Source of the DNA: Balanoglossus misakiensis
Taxonomy: Eukaryota > Animalia > Hemichordata
Assembly: GCA_040954595.2 (NCBI GenBank)
Contig: CM082594.2
Location: 2,589,319 to 2,653,318, forward strand
Length of the DNA stretch: 64,000 bases
Reading direction: 5' to 3'
The notes under the pieces were generated by a model. It was given only the letters and a program-made list of their open reading frames with translations, did no database searches and was not told the DNA's origin. The number at the start of each line of letters is the position of its first letter. The stretch's first letter is position 1. The translations under genes were made by a program, and so were the position numbers. Of this stretch, positions 1 to 14,868 are shown one piece after another.

Positions 1-35
1 CACGAATTGTTAACAAATCGTCAAATTTTACATAC

Positions 36-3000
36 CTTCACAACCTGAGTCCATACTTTCGTAGCCAGTCATGCATATGCAAGCAAAGCCACCCAACGTG
101 TTGACGCACATTTCACCAACGGAACAGTCATGTTGAATCGACTCATGGACGCACTCATCAACATCTGCGGTGGCAAATCAAAGACATGTTAGATATTCCG
201 CGGTATAAATTGGGGGGGGGGACTGTTCGGAGATGGTGTGGAGGAAAATATTCTTCTGCAGTGCCTTGGGGAAAAGAGTGGACTGTCAATCGAAAAAAAT
301 GTTGCAACAGCAGCTGAAAAAAGGCTTACCTACCCAAATTCTCTACCCCCTCTTCCAGATATAAAAATGGTTTCCCCCCCTAATCTTACCGGAACATGTC
401 CTATCATCGGATGTCAATTCGTATCCTTCATCACATTCGCAGTAATATCCAGGTGTGGCGTCAATGCATTGTCCTTCGCAGGTTTCGTCGTACATGGTGT
501 TCGTGCACTCGTTGATTGCTAAAATCAGAAGTGGCCACATTATACATGAAGAGTTTAAAATCATTTCATGACACGCCAGCATGCAGTGATGATGGTCGAA
601 TAGTGTACACAGTAGTCAACACTCACTGGTTTTGCCGATATAAATATCACAAACAAATGGTACTTATTAAATCTGCTCAATATCATATATCCAGGTTAAC
701 ATATCAATTAGTCTAATATGTGGTTTCATCATACATACGTATGCACACAGTGTTGTCCATAGCACTCAGCGTATATCCCCGATCACAATAACAAACCGTG
801 GCCATATCACCATTCACGTAGCAGGTACCATTGCTACAAGGGTCTGAGGAGCATCTGCTAGTGTCGTCCACTGAGGATTAAAAATAGTGGATTTGAGGTC
901 ACAATGCAACAAATGAAAATACACCAACTGGTAAAACGTGACTCAGATTAATTGTATAGAGTGTTATGGTTATTTCTCAAGTTCTTGTTCAGTGACCACT
1001 TCGAAGCGATATTACATTGTGTCACCGAGATTGCAATATGGGTCGTAAGTTCTACATATTCCCTGATATTGCTTTTACGGTTCTCTGAACACACAGGGGC
1101 CGAAATATTGAAGAACCCGACAAGGAATTTGTGACCGAACTGCTTGTCTGGGAAGCACCTGCAAGTATTCAAGTGGTTCATGTACTTCTTGCACCGAGAA
1201 CCAGACCTTGCACTTCAAGGGACCAATGGCAGCCTCCGTTATACATTACAATGTTTGACGCATCCCTTACCTGTACAATTGAACCCATCTGATTCAAGAT
1301 GGAATCCATCCACACAGCTACATAGGTACGGAGGCAAACTGGTGTCACTACCGTCGGTGTCATTGCAAAGCTGCGAACATGTGTCTGTTCCGTACGTGCA
1401 TTCGTTGATAGCTGGAGTAAAGATGAGTTACAAAATACAATAATGGTATGTTTCATCACAATTTTACAATAGAATCCGACAGACCAACTTTCAAAGCAAA
1501 ATTTCCATTTATTTCCAAGAATAAATCTCGAAAGAAATATCCCCAGCAGTTCTCGAAGACAACAACCCTGTATACCCCCAGATATGACTTTCCACCAATC
1601 GAAACTTCGTGCAGCTCTGATACTCAATGGTTATGTCTTTGGTGAACCAAATGCCACCCCGTGTTCTATGCTTGTTTTGAGTAACTGGTCACATCTATAA
1701 CCACACGTTATCGTTTATTTCTAGTGCTACAAGAACATGTGATAAAAGCAGAGGATTATAGATCTTACGGTCGCAGTTCAGCCCGTTGGAGTTCAGAAGG
1801 TATCCTTCTGCGCAGAAGCACTGGTAAGCACCTATCGTATTCGCACAGTTCTGCTCACAAACATCATCGAGGCATTCGTCTACATCTAAAACACAAAGCA
1901 AAAAAAATTTCAACAAATGTACCAAAACCATGAATGAAATGCATTTCGTGTTATCAACGTTATCACTGAAAAAACGACATTTAGCAATAATAGTCGCTAT
2001 AGACCAGGACAAGTGGACATCAGTCGACACCTATGCTGAAGATGCTCATTGTAATTGTAGGTTTTCCGGTCTTTGCGATATCTCGTGAGACATGGTTAAT
2101 TTCTGTAGCAAAGATTTGTATGAAACTGAAAGTGAAGAGTATAACAAAAAATTGTAACTTTTATTGTAACCGTTAGATAGATACCCCCCCCCCCTCATAT
2201 AAACTGCCTAGCCACGCGAGATCTCGCAAAGTCTCGTGGAGTTCGGAGTCGTAGCAGACAAAGCTGATACAAAATAAGAGTCCATGAAAAAGTTATTCAC
2301 CTGCGCAGTCAGTACCAATTCCAGAATATCCGGGGTTACAGAGACACTCGAAGCCCCCAAATGTGTTTTCACAGGTAGCATCCATATGGCAATTGTGTCG
2401 GTCCTCAGCGCATTCGTCAATATCTGAAACAAACAAACAAACAAACAAACCATTCAACTGTTTGTACAAAACAGGTTTCATACTATACGGTTAATGCGGG
2501 ATGTCTCGGAAAAATCAGAACTAATGTGTTAATGAATTCGTTTTAATTAGCTCATAAATCTGTATTGAAAATACGTAAGATTCCACGAAGGCTATATAGT
2601 TAAATCTGTATCATCCCGTACATACTCTTTGTAAGGTGTCTTACCTAAACACACCTGGCCGTTTCCACGGTAACCGTCTCTACAGGTGCATCTGTATGAG
2701 CCAGGGATATTTTCACAGTCTCCATAAGGCGAGCATACGCCAATGATATTGTCTGCGCATTCGTCAACATCTTGAAATTCAACAGCAAAGGCATTTAGCA
2801 GATAAGAAAAACGATGTCTTAAATACGAGCCTTCAACTTCTATTCATAAGCCAATATTAAGTAAGATTTAACATAGTGGTTTGATATCATTTGATGACAT
2901 CTTACCTTCACAGTACGTTCCGTTATCTGTGTAGCCATTTGCACAAACGCATCGGTAAGATCCAATGGTATTTACGCAGTCAGATCCCAGATTAGTACAT

Positions 3001-3471
3001 TCATGATTCCCGATATCGCATTCATTCGTGTCTGAGGAATACGAGGAAAAATAATGTGTATCGTGCATGTTTAGATAATGCTTGGGTACATGACCATACA
3101 TATTCGCCCAGGTGTACTCACGTGGACGCAAAAGCAGACAAAAGCATAGAAAACAGAATGATAGACTAGTAAATCAAACCTTTCCGCGTCTGCCTTACCT
3201 TCGCATGTTTTGCCATCCCCGAAATAGCCATCCTTACATATACATGAGTAACTACCGTCAAGTTCAAAGCAGTCAGCCCTTCGCACGTGACAGTCGTTCA
3301 GTGTAAAGTCACCACATTCCTGGATGTCCCAACAGCTGACCCCATCTCCCGTCCATCCTTCATCACACTGACATTCAAACGAACCCTGGTTGTTGTTGCA
3401 AGTGGCATGGGGATTGCAGTTGTCAGTTTGTCTCTCACATTCGTCAATATCTGTCAAAGAAACCAAATAAA

Positions 3472-3535
<64 letters not shown>

Positions 3536-3732
3536 CTAAATGTCGCTATAAAACACATAGACAAACCATGTCACACTTACCTGAACAATCAATTGCCCCA
3601 ATGTCGAATTCGTAACCATCCAAACAAGTGCACTTGTAACTTCCCACAATGTTTGTACATGCTGTGTTTTCACCACATGGAGAATCAAAACATTCATCGA
3701 CATCTACAAATAGATGAATGAATGAACGAACG

Positions 3733-3809
<77 letters not shown>

Positions 3810-5052
3810 ACTAACAGTAGACATCTTTACAGCATTACACCTACTCTTAAACGAAAGTTTATGATAAATTCTACTGCACTCCGAACTATATTTGTATGAT
3901 TGTCTTTTTGCAATTCATGTTGTAAAGAGACTTCTAGTCGGTACCTTCACATAAAGTTCTATCTCCAATGACGCCCACGTAACCGTCATTGCAACTGCAG
4001 TTGAATCCACCCTCAGTATTGAAGCATGTTGCTTTCTGGTGGCAGTCGTCGATGTTTTCAGCGCATTCATCAATATCTGCAATAACACAAATGCCTCGTC
4101 ACGAAATTAGACACCACATATAATACACTTGGACGTTAAAAAAAATCCTTGTATGAGTCAAACTTTCGTTTAATCGAAAATGACATCAGAATGTGCTATA
4201 GGCCTACTGTGGATAGGAATGTTACCTGAACAGCCTTTGTTGTCCCCATCACGACGATAACCTTCGAAGCAACGACACACATAACTTCGGAGAGTGTTTT
4301 CACAGACCTGATGACAAAACGGTTGTTCGGGATCGAAATCTCTCTTCTCTTCGCACTCGTCAAAGTCTGAAAATACGAGAAACAGTTTGGAACCTTTAGC
4401 TTAGAGGATCGATTTCCACGTAACTTGGAATTCTTTAACAGATATGGTCCAATAGAAGTACACATTATACTTACCAAAACATTTCGTGCCATTTCCTACC
4501 AAACCAGGAGGACAGTCTCCACATTCAAAACCAACGCCCTCACCAGGTGTTTTGTTGGTACAATTCACTCCTGGGAAACAGGGGTTATCCAAGCAGGCGT
4601 CGTATTCCTCCTGACAGAAATCGCCAGTGTAGCCAGGTGGACATATACATGTCACGACCTAAAATGCAAAACAACCAGCAACATAATTTTGAGGAGCAAC
4701 TGATTCGTTTGCACACGCTGAGCCAATTACAACTTCAATCAGTCAAGTGTGTTTTTAAGTGGAAACATCATGACCAGCATGTATGTTTTGGGTTGATATT
4801 GGACATGGAATATTGTGAAAATGATAAATTGTGAGAGCCTGAGTCAAATTGAGTCCTAAAATGCACCTACCGCAAATTTGTCACTATTGATGTCGTAGCC
4901 CTCCACTGTCACATTGTAATTACAGCTACCGCCATTTTGACATTCACATACTTTGATAAGTGGTACTACGGCTGTGCTGGCCGTTCCATCAGTGACGATA
5001 ATTGAGACGTTGACCATCTCTTTATCTTCGGGTGTCCATGTGAAATGCCCGT
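36..5052 (-). CDS. C-terminal EGF/cbEGF array (>=15 modules, truncated by window edge)
   Basis: Successive exons, mostly phase 1, with D[IV][DN]EC...C.N..G.[YF].C.C..G[YF] calcium-binding EGF consensus. Confidence 0.9.
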
Positions 5053-8000
5053 CTATAATGAAAATTGGAAACTTCATTTGCTACTTGGGTTGGGTTGGGT
5101 TGATTGTTGAAACAAATCACAATTTGTAGTTAGGCACGATTTTCGGCCATCTTAATTTTCTACCAAAATCATAGTTACCCATTACTCTTCGAGCAAAACA
5201 GTTAAATTTGTGGGTTTGAATTCTACTCAGCCTTGGTTAGACTAATCCCATTTTGTGTGCGTTCGTACCGTTAGCGATTTGGATCGACAAGAAAAACGAG
5301 TTTGTTATCTGTTTCTTACCTCCAGAAATAGAAGCCCCTCTGACGTCATCCGAAAGTTTGAATTCTATAATGTCTCCAGGATTCGGATCGCTTGCATCCA
5401 ATTGAAGTGTCACAGATTTGTTGACTTCTGCCTCTAATATTAAACTTCCATGAACTGTGACATTTGGAGGGAAATTATCTAAAAGAAAGGGATAGACATT
5501 ATGATTCCGAAGCAATGTTATGTTAGCAAGCATAGAGAAAATGGTCTACATTGCTGATCAGTTAGAACATAAAATTCAAACTGGACAAACCTAAATCAGC
5601 CTGTTGTCGCTTTATTTGTGTGGACGAGTTCTTGGTCAGTAGTCCAATCTCTTCTCTCTCAGTTGCCAAAGAATCGAACAGGCATTGCTGGTCATCGCCG
5701 CAGTTTGATTGGATTTTAGTTAAATATGCTTGATCGTCTTCGGTGTACTTCTCGATGAGTTCATCTAAGAATTTAGGCACGAAGTCTGGTTCGTTGTAGT
5801 CCGACCACGACTTGCCCTCTTCGTACCAAAAGAGTGAATCCTCGGCGGTTACATTCCCTACATTAAGCGAAGTTGAGAAACATTGCGATATAACATTACA
5901 TGTATTCACATGGTGTTATCTACGTGTTTTGAATCCTGAGCTCGTTTATAGCGCATTTTATTCTGTTTGGGCACTTTGGTTTGGAACAAACACCCAAGAA
6001 AAACCCAAGCTACTCATGATGCAAATGCCAAATAGATTACTCACATTGTTGTCCGAACTCGAAATATTCAGCATCGGTGAAATTGTCGCCACTCGGTTGT
6101 TTGAACGAACCATCAGGTAGCTTGAACTCCCGTGACTGGTCACCATCCCAAAATCCTGTGATATTAAGACGTGGATGAGAGATGTCAAACATCTTAATAT
6201 TGCAAATAATGTGGCATGAACAAACGGGTTGCATGTTAAACAAATGTTGGCTGTGTACATAATATTATCAACTACATTTCCTTATGGTTGATTTGGCAAT
6301 AATCATACCATTTTGTAGAAAATGAAACAAACCATTGTGACTGTCACTCTTTTCATAATCTTTGAAGTTTGCGTCACATTTGCCTCCGTCAGCCTGACAC
6401 CAGACTTACAGATCCATGTGCCTTTAACAGCTTTCTTCTACCAATAAAGCATCATGGTTTTCTTCATTCCAGCTTTCATCGGTGCTACTCGTATGTACCT
6501 GCGTACTTACCCAACAAGCCGGAAACCCGACCTTTGAACTCATCTGGTGCGGAAAACAGTACGTCTAGCATTTGCTCCGCAATCCCGATTGATACCGCGA
6601 TTTTCGATGGAAAAGACACCACCAATCTGACTTTTCCACTTGCACCGGAAGAAGAACCATCTTCTTTCAACAACAGTGAGACGTTTGTTCCATTGGGTGA
6701 GTACGCCTCTGTGCAGGAAAGAAACAATTTGTCGCTTACGAGCATTTGAGCATTGTGAACAAGAAGAAACTGCAGGTTGATAGAATTACTGAAAAACTGT
6801 TTCAGGTCTCCAAGCTCCATGTTGATTCACGTTGAATCATGTTATGTTATTTTCCAACAGAATCTCCTCCCGTCACCTATACTTGGTGCCGATTCATTCA
6901 TCAGAAGGTAAGACCTATCACGGTGCCATATATGCAAATTACACACGTCATATTATCTGTCCATGGGGTTAAAAATCAACAGGTGGCTATGTAGGAAGTG
7001 AAAACTCACGGTCATCCAGGAACGTTTTGTTAAAAGGCTCTCCATCAATCCGTATATCGTAATCAGTACCGTCTTCTGTCAGCTGAACGTGAACCTAGTC
7101 AATGTAAAAACCGTTAATTAGGCAATTTATGACATATTTCATATACTGTCGTGATAGTAAGATCATGTATGTGATAAATTCAGGCAGTGAAGGAATTTGC
7201 TTGTTGTGTACATTGAAAATAATACCCCACCACTCTACCAGGAGATAATACTGACCAAAATCACTCAAATAAAACAGGTTAGTTTCCTACGCAATGTTGC
7301 AAAACGTACCGTGGAACTGTTCTCCTCTTTGGCAGCAAATGCCACAAAGACAGTGGCGTCGCTTTCCGTGCCGTTCTTTGTTTCGGCTCTCGCAGTCCTT
7401 CCTTGTAGATTGAAGACGTCATCGTCGACTTTTACCAGTGTGTATTCGCCATGTCCGTTGAATGTGTATGAAACGCCATCAAGAGTTGTGATGTGGGGAT
7501 CCCCAAGCATCCAACCTGCATTCAGATTGCGGATAATACAATGTTTCACCCCCTGTTGACATGTTCGTAACCACTAGTAATTTGTCAAAGGGCTGTCCCC
7601 CTTGCCAGAGTGACCCCCCCCCCCAAAAAAAAAAAAAAATCTGGCAAACGGAGTCAATCTACCTGTTAATGCCATCTTCGATGGAACACTGAATAATTAT
7701 AAAATAACATCACTAAACCACTTCAAGGAAAAAGTACACCCCTTATTTTATTCATCCATAATCACTTACCCCATATTGGAGGAAAATATCCGTCACAGGT
7801 GCCTGGTGGTCTTTTCTCAGAATACAAGTCACAGAAATACGGATCTCTTGACTTTTCGCAGCAGTAATACCGTGGATACAAATCGTCATCTGCATATCGC
7901 AGAAACAGATGGACAATGAAAATAACATGACATGACACAAAAACAAAGCATACATAATTTAACAACATAGCATGGCATAACAAAGCATAACAGCATGACA

Positions 8001-11000
8001 GTACATAACATTTTGCATGGCGTTACGTTTATATTTCGCCTTTATTGGTGTATTCGTCAACAGTACATCGAGGAGATATAGCCGAAGATATGACCTGGAC
8101 CTGAATGTCACTGAAGGAGACACATGAGCGTCGCGGTACAACATCCAGTCCAAGGCGAGACAGTATGCGGCAACGCCAAACCGTGAGTACACGATGATTT
8201 CAAACTAACAAATTTTAATGAGATAACTATTTATCTCATGAACGGTCTGTTTACAGATTGAACAGCAGCGTGCAAAACAACGGTCTCGGCGAAGGGTCAA
8301 GAAAAAGTGACAAAGGACTATCAAAGTCATTTTAATCCTTTTGACAAGACACCTTGTCAATGGTTCTCCGCTGAGACACGTTATTCCATCAGGGCCCTGA
8401 GGATTGACAACGCAAACAGCAAGCCTTTAAAGGGAAAAAAGTCTCCCCCTCGCTGACCTTTTTCCATTAATTATATTTGATACAAGACACCGTCTATGTT
8501 ATTCTACATGTAGATATATAGTGAATCAACGTTCGACAACACTAAACTCCCATCCCACTTGTAGACACAAGAGTGAAAAACTCGCCAAAATGAATAATCG
8601 GTCTCTACTATTTATTCATTTTTGCGAGATTTTTACTCTCATATCCTACAAACGGGATGGAAGTTGTGTGTGGTCGATCGAACGTTGAATCACTTTATTT
8701 CCACATGTAGAATAAAATAAACGGTGTCTTGTATCAAACATAATTAATGGAAAGGGGGCAGCTAGAGAGAGACTTTGACCTTTTAAGGTTTATCGTTGAC
8801 ATTAAAAGCGCTTTTTCTTTGTCGGATTTGGTTGATGATACTTACTTAACCAAAGTGTGTATCGATACCAGTCAAACCATCTCCACCACAAGAAGCGCCC
8901 AGAAAACTGCCAACGTTCCATGAAACTACTGTCCCACGCGTATCTGCCGTAGCCTTCGACAAGAGTGTGATCGGACCGGTACCTACATCTCTGACCTGCT
9001 CCGAAGAAATTCGGAAAACTCGACTGAATTGTAAAACTGCGGCCTGCAAAGAAGCAAATGGATTATTGTTGAGTGCGGATGAACCGGCTGATTGGTCTTG
9101 CTTCGAAGTTGCAGATATATTATTTTCATGGAAGAACGCGCAAGAACAAAGCCTGCAGCAACCTCTAGCAAAGAATGTAATCTTCACACAACAAATGTTG
9201 TATTTTTGTACATGGTTTGGATTCTTACCTCGTCGACTGTTGATCCTCGATAGTAGATTGGAATCAACTTCATGATCCCTGAAGTTTCTAGCAACCTCTT
9301 CGTCGCCATCGTTACCCCCGGCGAAGGAACTGTCTTGCCGTCCCTGTCCAAATCCACACGGACAAGTTCCCAATCCCCAGCTCCAAGTGTCCGGGTGTGG
9401 TTGTCGATGATACCACTCGAGACAATACTTCTTCGGGTTCACGGTGTATCTGTAGTGGTTTTCTACGCGGAATATCCACCTCCCCTTCTTATTTGTGTTC
9501 CCGTTATACTGATCAGGTCGGTATTTTTGACCGAGCGAAGCCAGCTCTGATTTCTGTACGTTACAGATGTAGTGATATTTATAGGAGCTCCAATAGTAGC
9601 TGTAGATTCCATGGTAACCGATGATGACGTCGTTGTTCTCGCGCACTCTGTAGTTCCACTTCATTTCGTCCTCCATGTAGTTGACGACCACGAAGCCGTA
9701 GATGCCGTCTGTTACTAACGCTGCTTGGAAGGTGTTTGTCTAGTACATACAAGCAAAGGTCCAGATTCTTTATCAAATATTCGTTTATCAAACACAGAAG
9801 CAGATTAATGCAATGTAGACTATCGTGGCCCCTACACGTCAATGATAATTTATTATTTTGAAAGTTAAACTTTTATTTTTATAGACAATATCTTTTCCCA
9901 AAAAGTAAACATTAATTTTGGTGGCGGCAACTAATTTTGATGGACAAAACGTTTTGATTTTGACAGTAAAACTCTAATTTTACTTTGCACAAATCTTATT
10001 TAAGAGAACAAAATTTTAATTTCCGAAGGTCAACTTTATTTTTTTCATGAATGAAAATTTAATTTTTTTTCTTCAAAAAATAACCTTTAAACACTCGAGA
10101 TGAAATTATCTGTACTCTATGGAAGTAGACTGTGTACTTTTAAGTCAAATTAGCCATGTGTTTCCAAATGTACCCATTATCACAAGTGACAAAAATATGT
10201 CACCAAACAGTGCGTGCCATATGTGAAATACTAGTACATACATGTGACTTCGTGTAGGCCACAGGTACAGCAGGCACTTGATGCCAAGTTATTAACAGCA
10301 TCCACTCGGCTCTGAAGTTGTAAAATCGCGGATCAAAATAATAATACCAGTCCCAGTACCAATGCCAGTAATACTTGGTAGGATGTGGATAGGCCTGGTT
10401 GTTGTCTCTGACATATTTACTAACTCGGTCCAACATTTCGTGGTCTTTGTCAGTGGCATACTTTCCTGGGCTGCGATCATAGACCTGTGCGAATTGAAAC
10501 TATGCTTTTAAGTTCATAAATGTATTACATTTTTATTGATCCTGTCTTGGAAATTTCAAATGTCAAAATCACTGGCATATTTAATTATTCTTGTGTAACA
10601 ATAGGTGTGAATCGAATGTGCTGTATTGAATTATTCGAAGTGTTATGTAAACCAACAAAACCTTATAGCCTGACAAAATAAATGCATTAGGAACGCTATG
10701 ATATTATCTGCACAGAAAACAATTTCACTTCCAACATGAAGAAATGCCAAAAGTAATAGGTGACAATTCCACGGACAAAAGCAACCTTGTTTTGTGAGTC
10801 AACTTTGTATATACATACATGGTAGAAGACTTCGCCCACAGTTGGGTCGGAAACATCGACATCATCCCAAAACACAGCCACCATGGGAATAGCGAGGGAA
10901 TCATTGTAAGATTCAAATCCATTCTTGAAAGGATTCGGGAAAGAGTACTTTTCATCGTTCGTGTTTTTGAACACAACCAAGCCATTATCGGTGAACTGTG

Positions 11001-14000
11001 TAAACAAATTAGGATATTAAAAGCGTGCTGAGGAGTCACAACAATTCAAACCCTCACAGAAAAAAAACGCGTTAAAATTAATCTAGGGATAAAATGAATG
11101 CACACAAAAAATGTCAATACCTAGCTTTCATCATAACATTATAATTTTCAGTGAGTAAGTTGGACAGGTTTGCATCATAGTTGAATTTTGGTCAGTCAGT
11201 CAGTCAGTCAGTAAGCTATACTTACGTATATGTTGCTGTAGAAGTTTCCCCAGAATGGGAATCCTGTCAGATATGTTATAGTTTCACTGACAAGGTCAAA
11301 TGAAGGTCGCGGAGAGGCATCGTTGTCGTAGCGTTCACGTAGCTGTTGGTCTCCTTGGTCTCTCCCGAAAGGAAACATTATAATCTCTGAAATGTAAAAT
11401 TCACAGACAATCAAATCAACAGACAATAACTCCCATCCTAATTGACTGGCAGTCTTATACGATTGACAGGCCTAGCTATCACAAAGGAATGAAGACCTTC
11501 ATAGCATGACATCATGAGTGTTCAAAGCTAACGAAACCTACCTTTACAGTCAACTCCATCACCTCTGTATCCTTCCCTGCAAGTACAGTAGAAACCACCA
11601 ACTGTATTGGTGCAATCTGCATTCACGTGACAGTTATGCAAATTTTCTTCACATTCATCCGTATCTACATATAAAAAGGGCAATTTTAATTGTCTTTGGG
11701 TGAGTGAACAAACCAGTGTTTGGAAATTTAGCCTTAACGTATAGCGTGCCCTGACACTCATTGCAGAAGACCAGTTTCATATCAGGAAACACACTCTGAG
11801 AGTGTCTTTGAAGTCGTGGACAAAGCAAAGTCAGTGAGACAGCAATATACTCCAAAACAAAATGACCAGTTAGGTTTGTTTCGTTTCTCTTACCAATGCA
11901 GGTTTCATTGTCGTCTGCAAGGTGGTAACCTTGGCGACAGAGACAGTAGTAACCTCTGGAGTCTTGTGTTCGATCTACGTTATGACATTGATGCTGGCAA
12001 TTGGCGACGCCATTTTCGCATTCGTCAACGTCTGTAAAATTTAGCGAGAAAAAAAAGATTTATTAGTCTTTGCCAGTTTGGAGATGATAGCATTAGTTCA
12101 ATATCTCAGCTTGTGTTTTCTGTGAATTTTGATGTCTGCAAAGGATAACTGTGTTGTGTTTTAAGGATCGTCCTGGTGTGGGAAATATCTCACTTGTTTT
12201 TGTCAGAAAGGGCAAACATGTTCACTATAATAAGGGCCACCGCAGCAATGTTTTCAGAGTTCGTGTTTCACCGACCTTCTCCGCAGTTTGTACCAGTCCA
12301 GCCTTCGTCACATGTGCAATTGTACATGGCTACCAATTCAATGCACTGTCCGTGGATGCATGGACTCGAATCACAATCCCATATATCTGGAATAGAGGTG
12401 AAAGCAAATTAATTAGTATCCTTCTCCCATAACCCCCTTTACCGTTCATGCAACATACACCCATCGGAAATCATGGAGTCACCTGTCCATTGCAAGGATA
12501 TGTTTAGACCCGCAAATTGGCCTCTATACAAACTCGTCACACGTCATGGCTTCCATTTTCTTGAATTAGATCCGGCTCAGTTTCCCTTTGCAATACACTG
12601 GCATTACAATACATCTGCTAGTGTGCGTATATAATTAACATTAATCCCTTTTAAGTCCAAACCTATTAATTTCTATGGTGTATGATTGGTCCTCTAAAGA
12701 GGGTACTGGGGATGAAAGGGTTAAGGTTCTAACCTCCTCTCCCGGTGTCATCAACAATCCCCCTTCTATTCATCTCTTACCTAACGTACAGTTGAATCCA
12801 GTCCAACCAGGAGCACATGTGCATAGGTAGCCTCTTTGGAGATCGGTACAGGTGGCACCGTTCTTGCATGGGTCATCATAACATGCGTCAGTATCTATAG
12901 AATGAGGGACAAATAATAACCACAAATATTGATCATACATGCTATTACACCAAAGCATCGCTGTGTAAGGTAAAGTATGCTCAACATTCATACATAATTC
13001 AAGAGTTATTTCTAGAAACTACTGGAGTCGAGTAATCTAGATATCCACGTTATGCAGTATCTCAGACTGGTCTAATAAGGCAGGGTTTAGTCGACATTGT
13101 ATATATTCATGAGGCGTGACCGGAGGTTCTGCTTATTGGCTTACATATCGTGCACAAATTTGCAGCTTAGTCAAAGCTGAGGTTTTTCTATCGTGTATGT
13201 ATGTTGAACATCGCCCATCTCCTCGATCGCACATCTGAAACCCCACTGAGATGCTGGTTGGCCAGGGTAGCAAAGCGTCTTGAAAAGTAAATGATTAAAT
13301 ATTATTTAAAAAGTCTGTCAATCGAAATGACAAATGACTCGTACTTATGGAACAGTTTATTCCTTCAAATCCTGGCCAGCATTCACATTCGTAACCATTG
13401 ACAAGATCGATACAATCACCATATACACAGGGCTGAGCGTCACATACTCCGATATCTGGAAAAACAATAATTAAAGCTCCCAAGTATAAAAAGGGAAAGA
13501 TATGACAATACGCCACCAGGTGGTCAAGCATGGTGACGCTCTTGTGTGAATTTTCCGCAATAGAGGGCGCTTTTCCGATGAGAAACATTGTATCAACACT
13601 GGACGGCATTTCACCCATACAAACTTTTACCAAACTGATCTGCCAGTCTCAAGTCACCCTCAAGTAAAATATATGTCATATTTCGTGGCAGTACTGGCAG
13701 TTTAGGGGGTGGGGGCGTGGTGAAAGAGTTATAGTCAAGTTGGGACTCACCCCACACGCATCTGTCACCAGTATATCCCGGACAACAATCGCACCGATAT
13801 GCATTAACCAAATCTATACATGTTCCATGTATGCATGGATTAGATACACACTCGTCAATATCTGCAGTGAAACATAATGACCAGATGATATATATACTAT
13901 GAAAAAAATACAGACTTGCATGCAATTGTCATGTTGTATGATTATAGGTCCATATTTCCAGGTGGTTTTCTTGCATGGGCAATAACTCAATTCTTCTTCA

Positions 14001-14832
14001 AAGACGGCCACCTTTCGCATGGTCTAAATTACAAACGTTAATGTGAGCGCCACGACTTATATTATTGTCAGAAATACCCTGACATCTAGTCTGGATGGAT
14101 TGAAAGTGTAGCGACAACGCCTTGCTGTAAAATGGGATCCTTAGTTTTGATTTCAAACGGACTAGGGCATGGATATTCATAACTCTGGGTGTAGTCATAT
14201 ATACGAGGATGTAAACTCCATCGATGTGCAGCTTTCAAATACATGTACTTACCAGTACAGGTTACACCATCATCTTCGAGTCTATAGCCCGGGTTACAAG
14301 AACATCGACGGTGTCCGTTTAGATTGGTACATCTTTGTGAACAGTCTTTCAATTCCGGGGCGCATTCGTTTACATCTGATAACGACATTATAATGTGAAG
14401 AAAGCTTAATCCTTTCTTGAATTCTCATTTACATAATTAATGGTGTAAAGCTACCTACTTCTCAAAAATGAACGATTGGGGATAACTCTGAAAATTAAAG
14501 CACAATGAACTTGCTACAAATAATCAACAAAAAACAGAAGTATCAATTTTGTACACAGTGTCAAAATGGGTGATTCTAAGGCACTATCAGGGACTTACTT
14601 CGTCGACTTGGCAAGCGCCAGCCTACAGAATGTATATGTAGTGAGCATAATGGAGAACAACTTACCTTCGCAATCGTCAATTGTTACATTTCCCACAGTC
14701 CTTTTGGCAAATCCACTGAAGCAGTGACATGTCTGTATTGCACCATCTTTGACTTCACAGGAGCCATGGCGACATTTCTTTGCACACTCCCGCCGAGTGG
14801 GTTCTGCAATAATACGTTCAATGTTTAGCAGA

Positions 14833-14868
<36 letters not shown>

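Noticed and set aside
8846-9228. C-terminal part of the 281-aa ORF (8846..9691) as printed
   Set aside because: It reads through an intron (9044-9228). The real exon 8846-9043 is in another frame.
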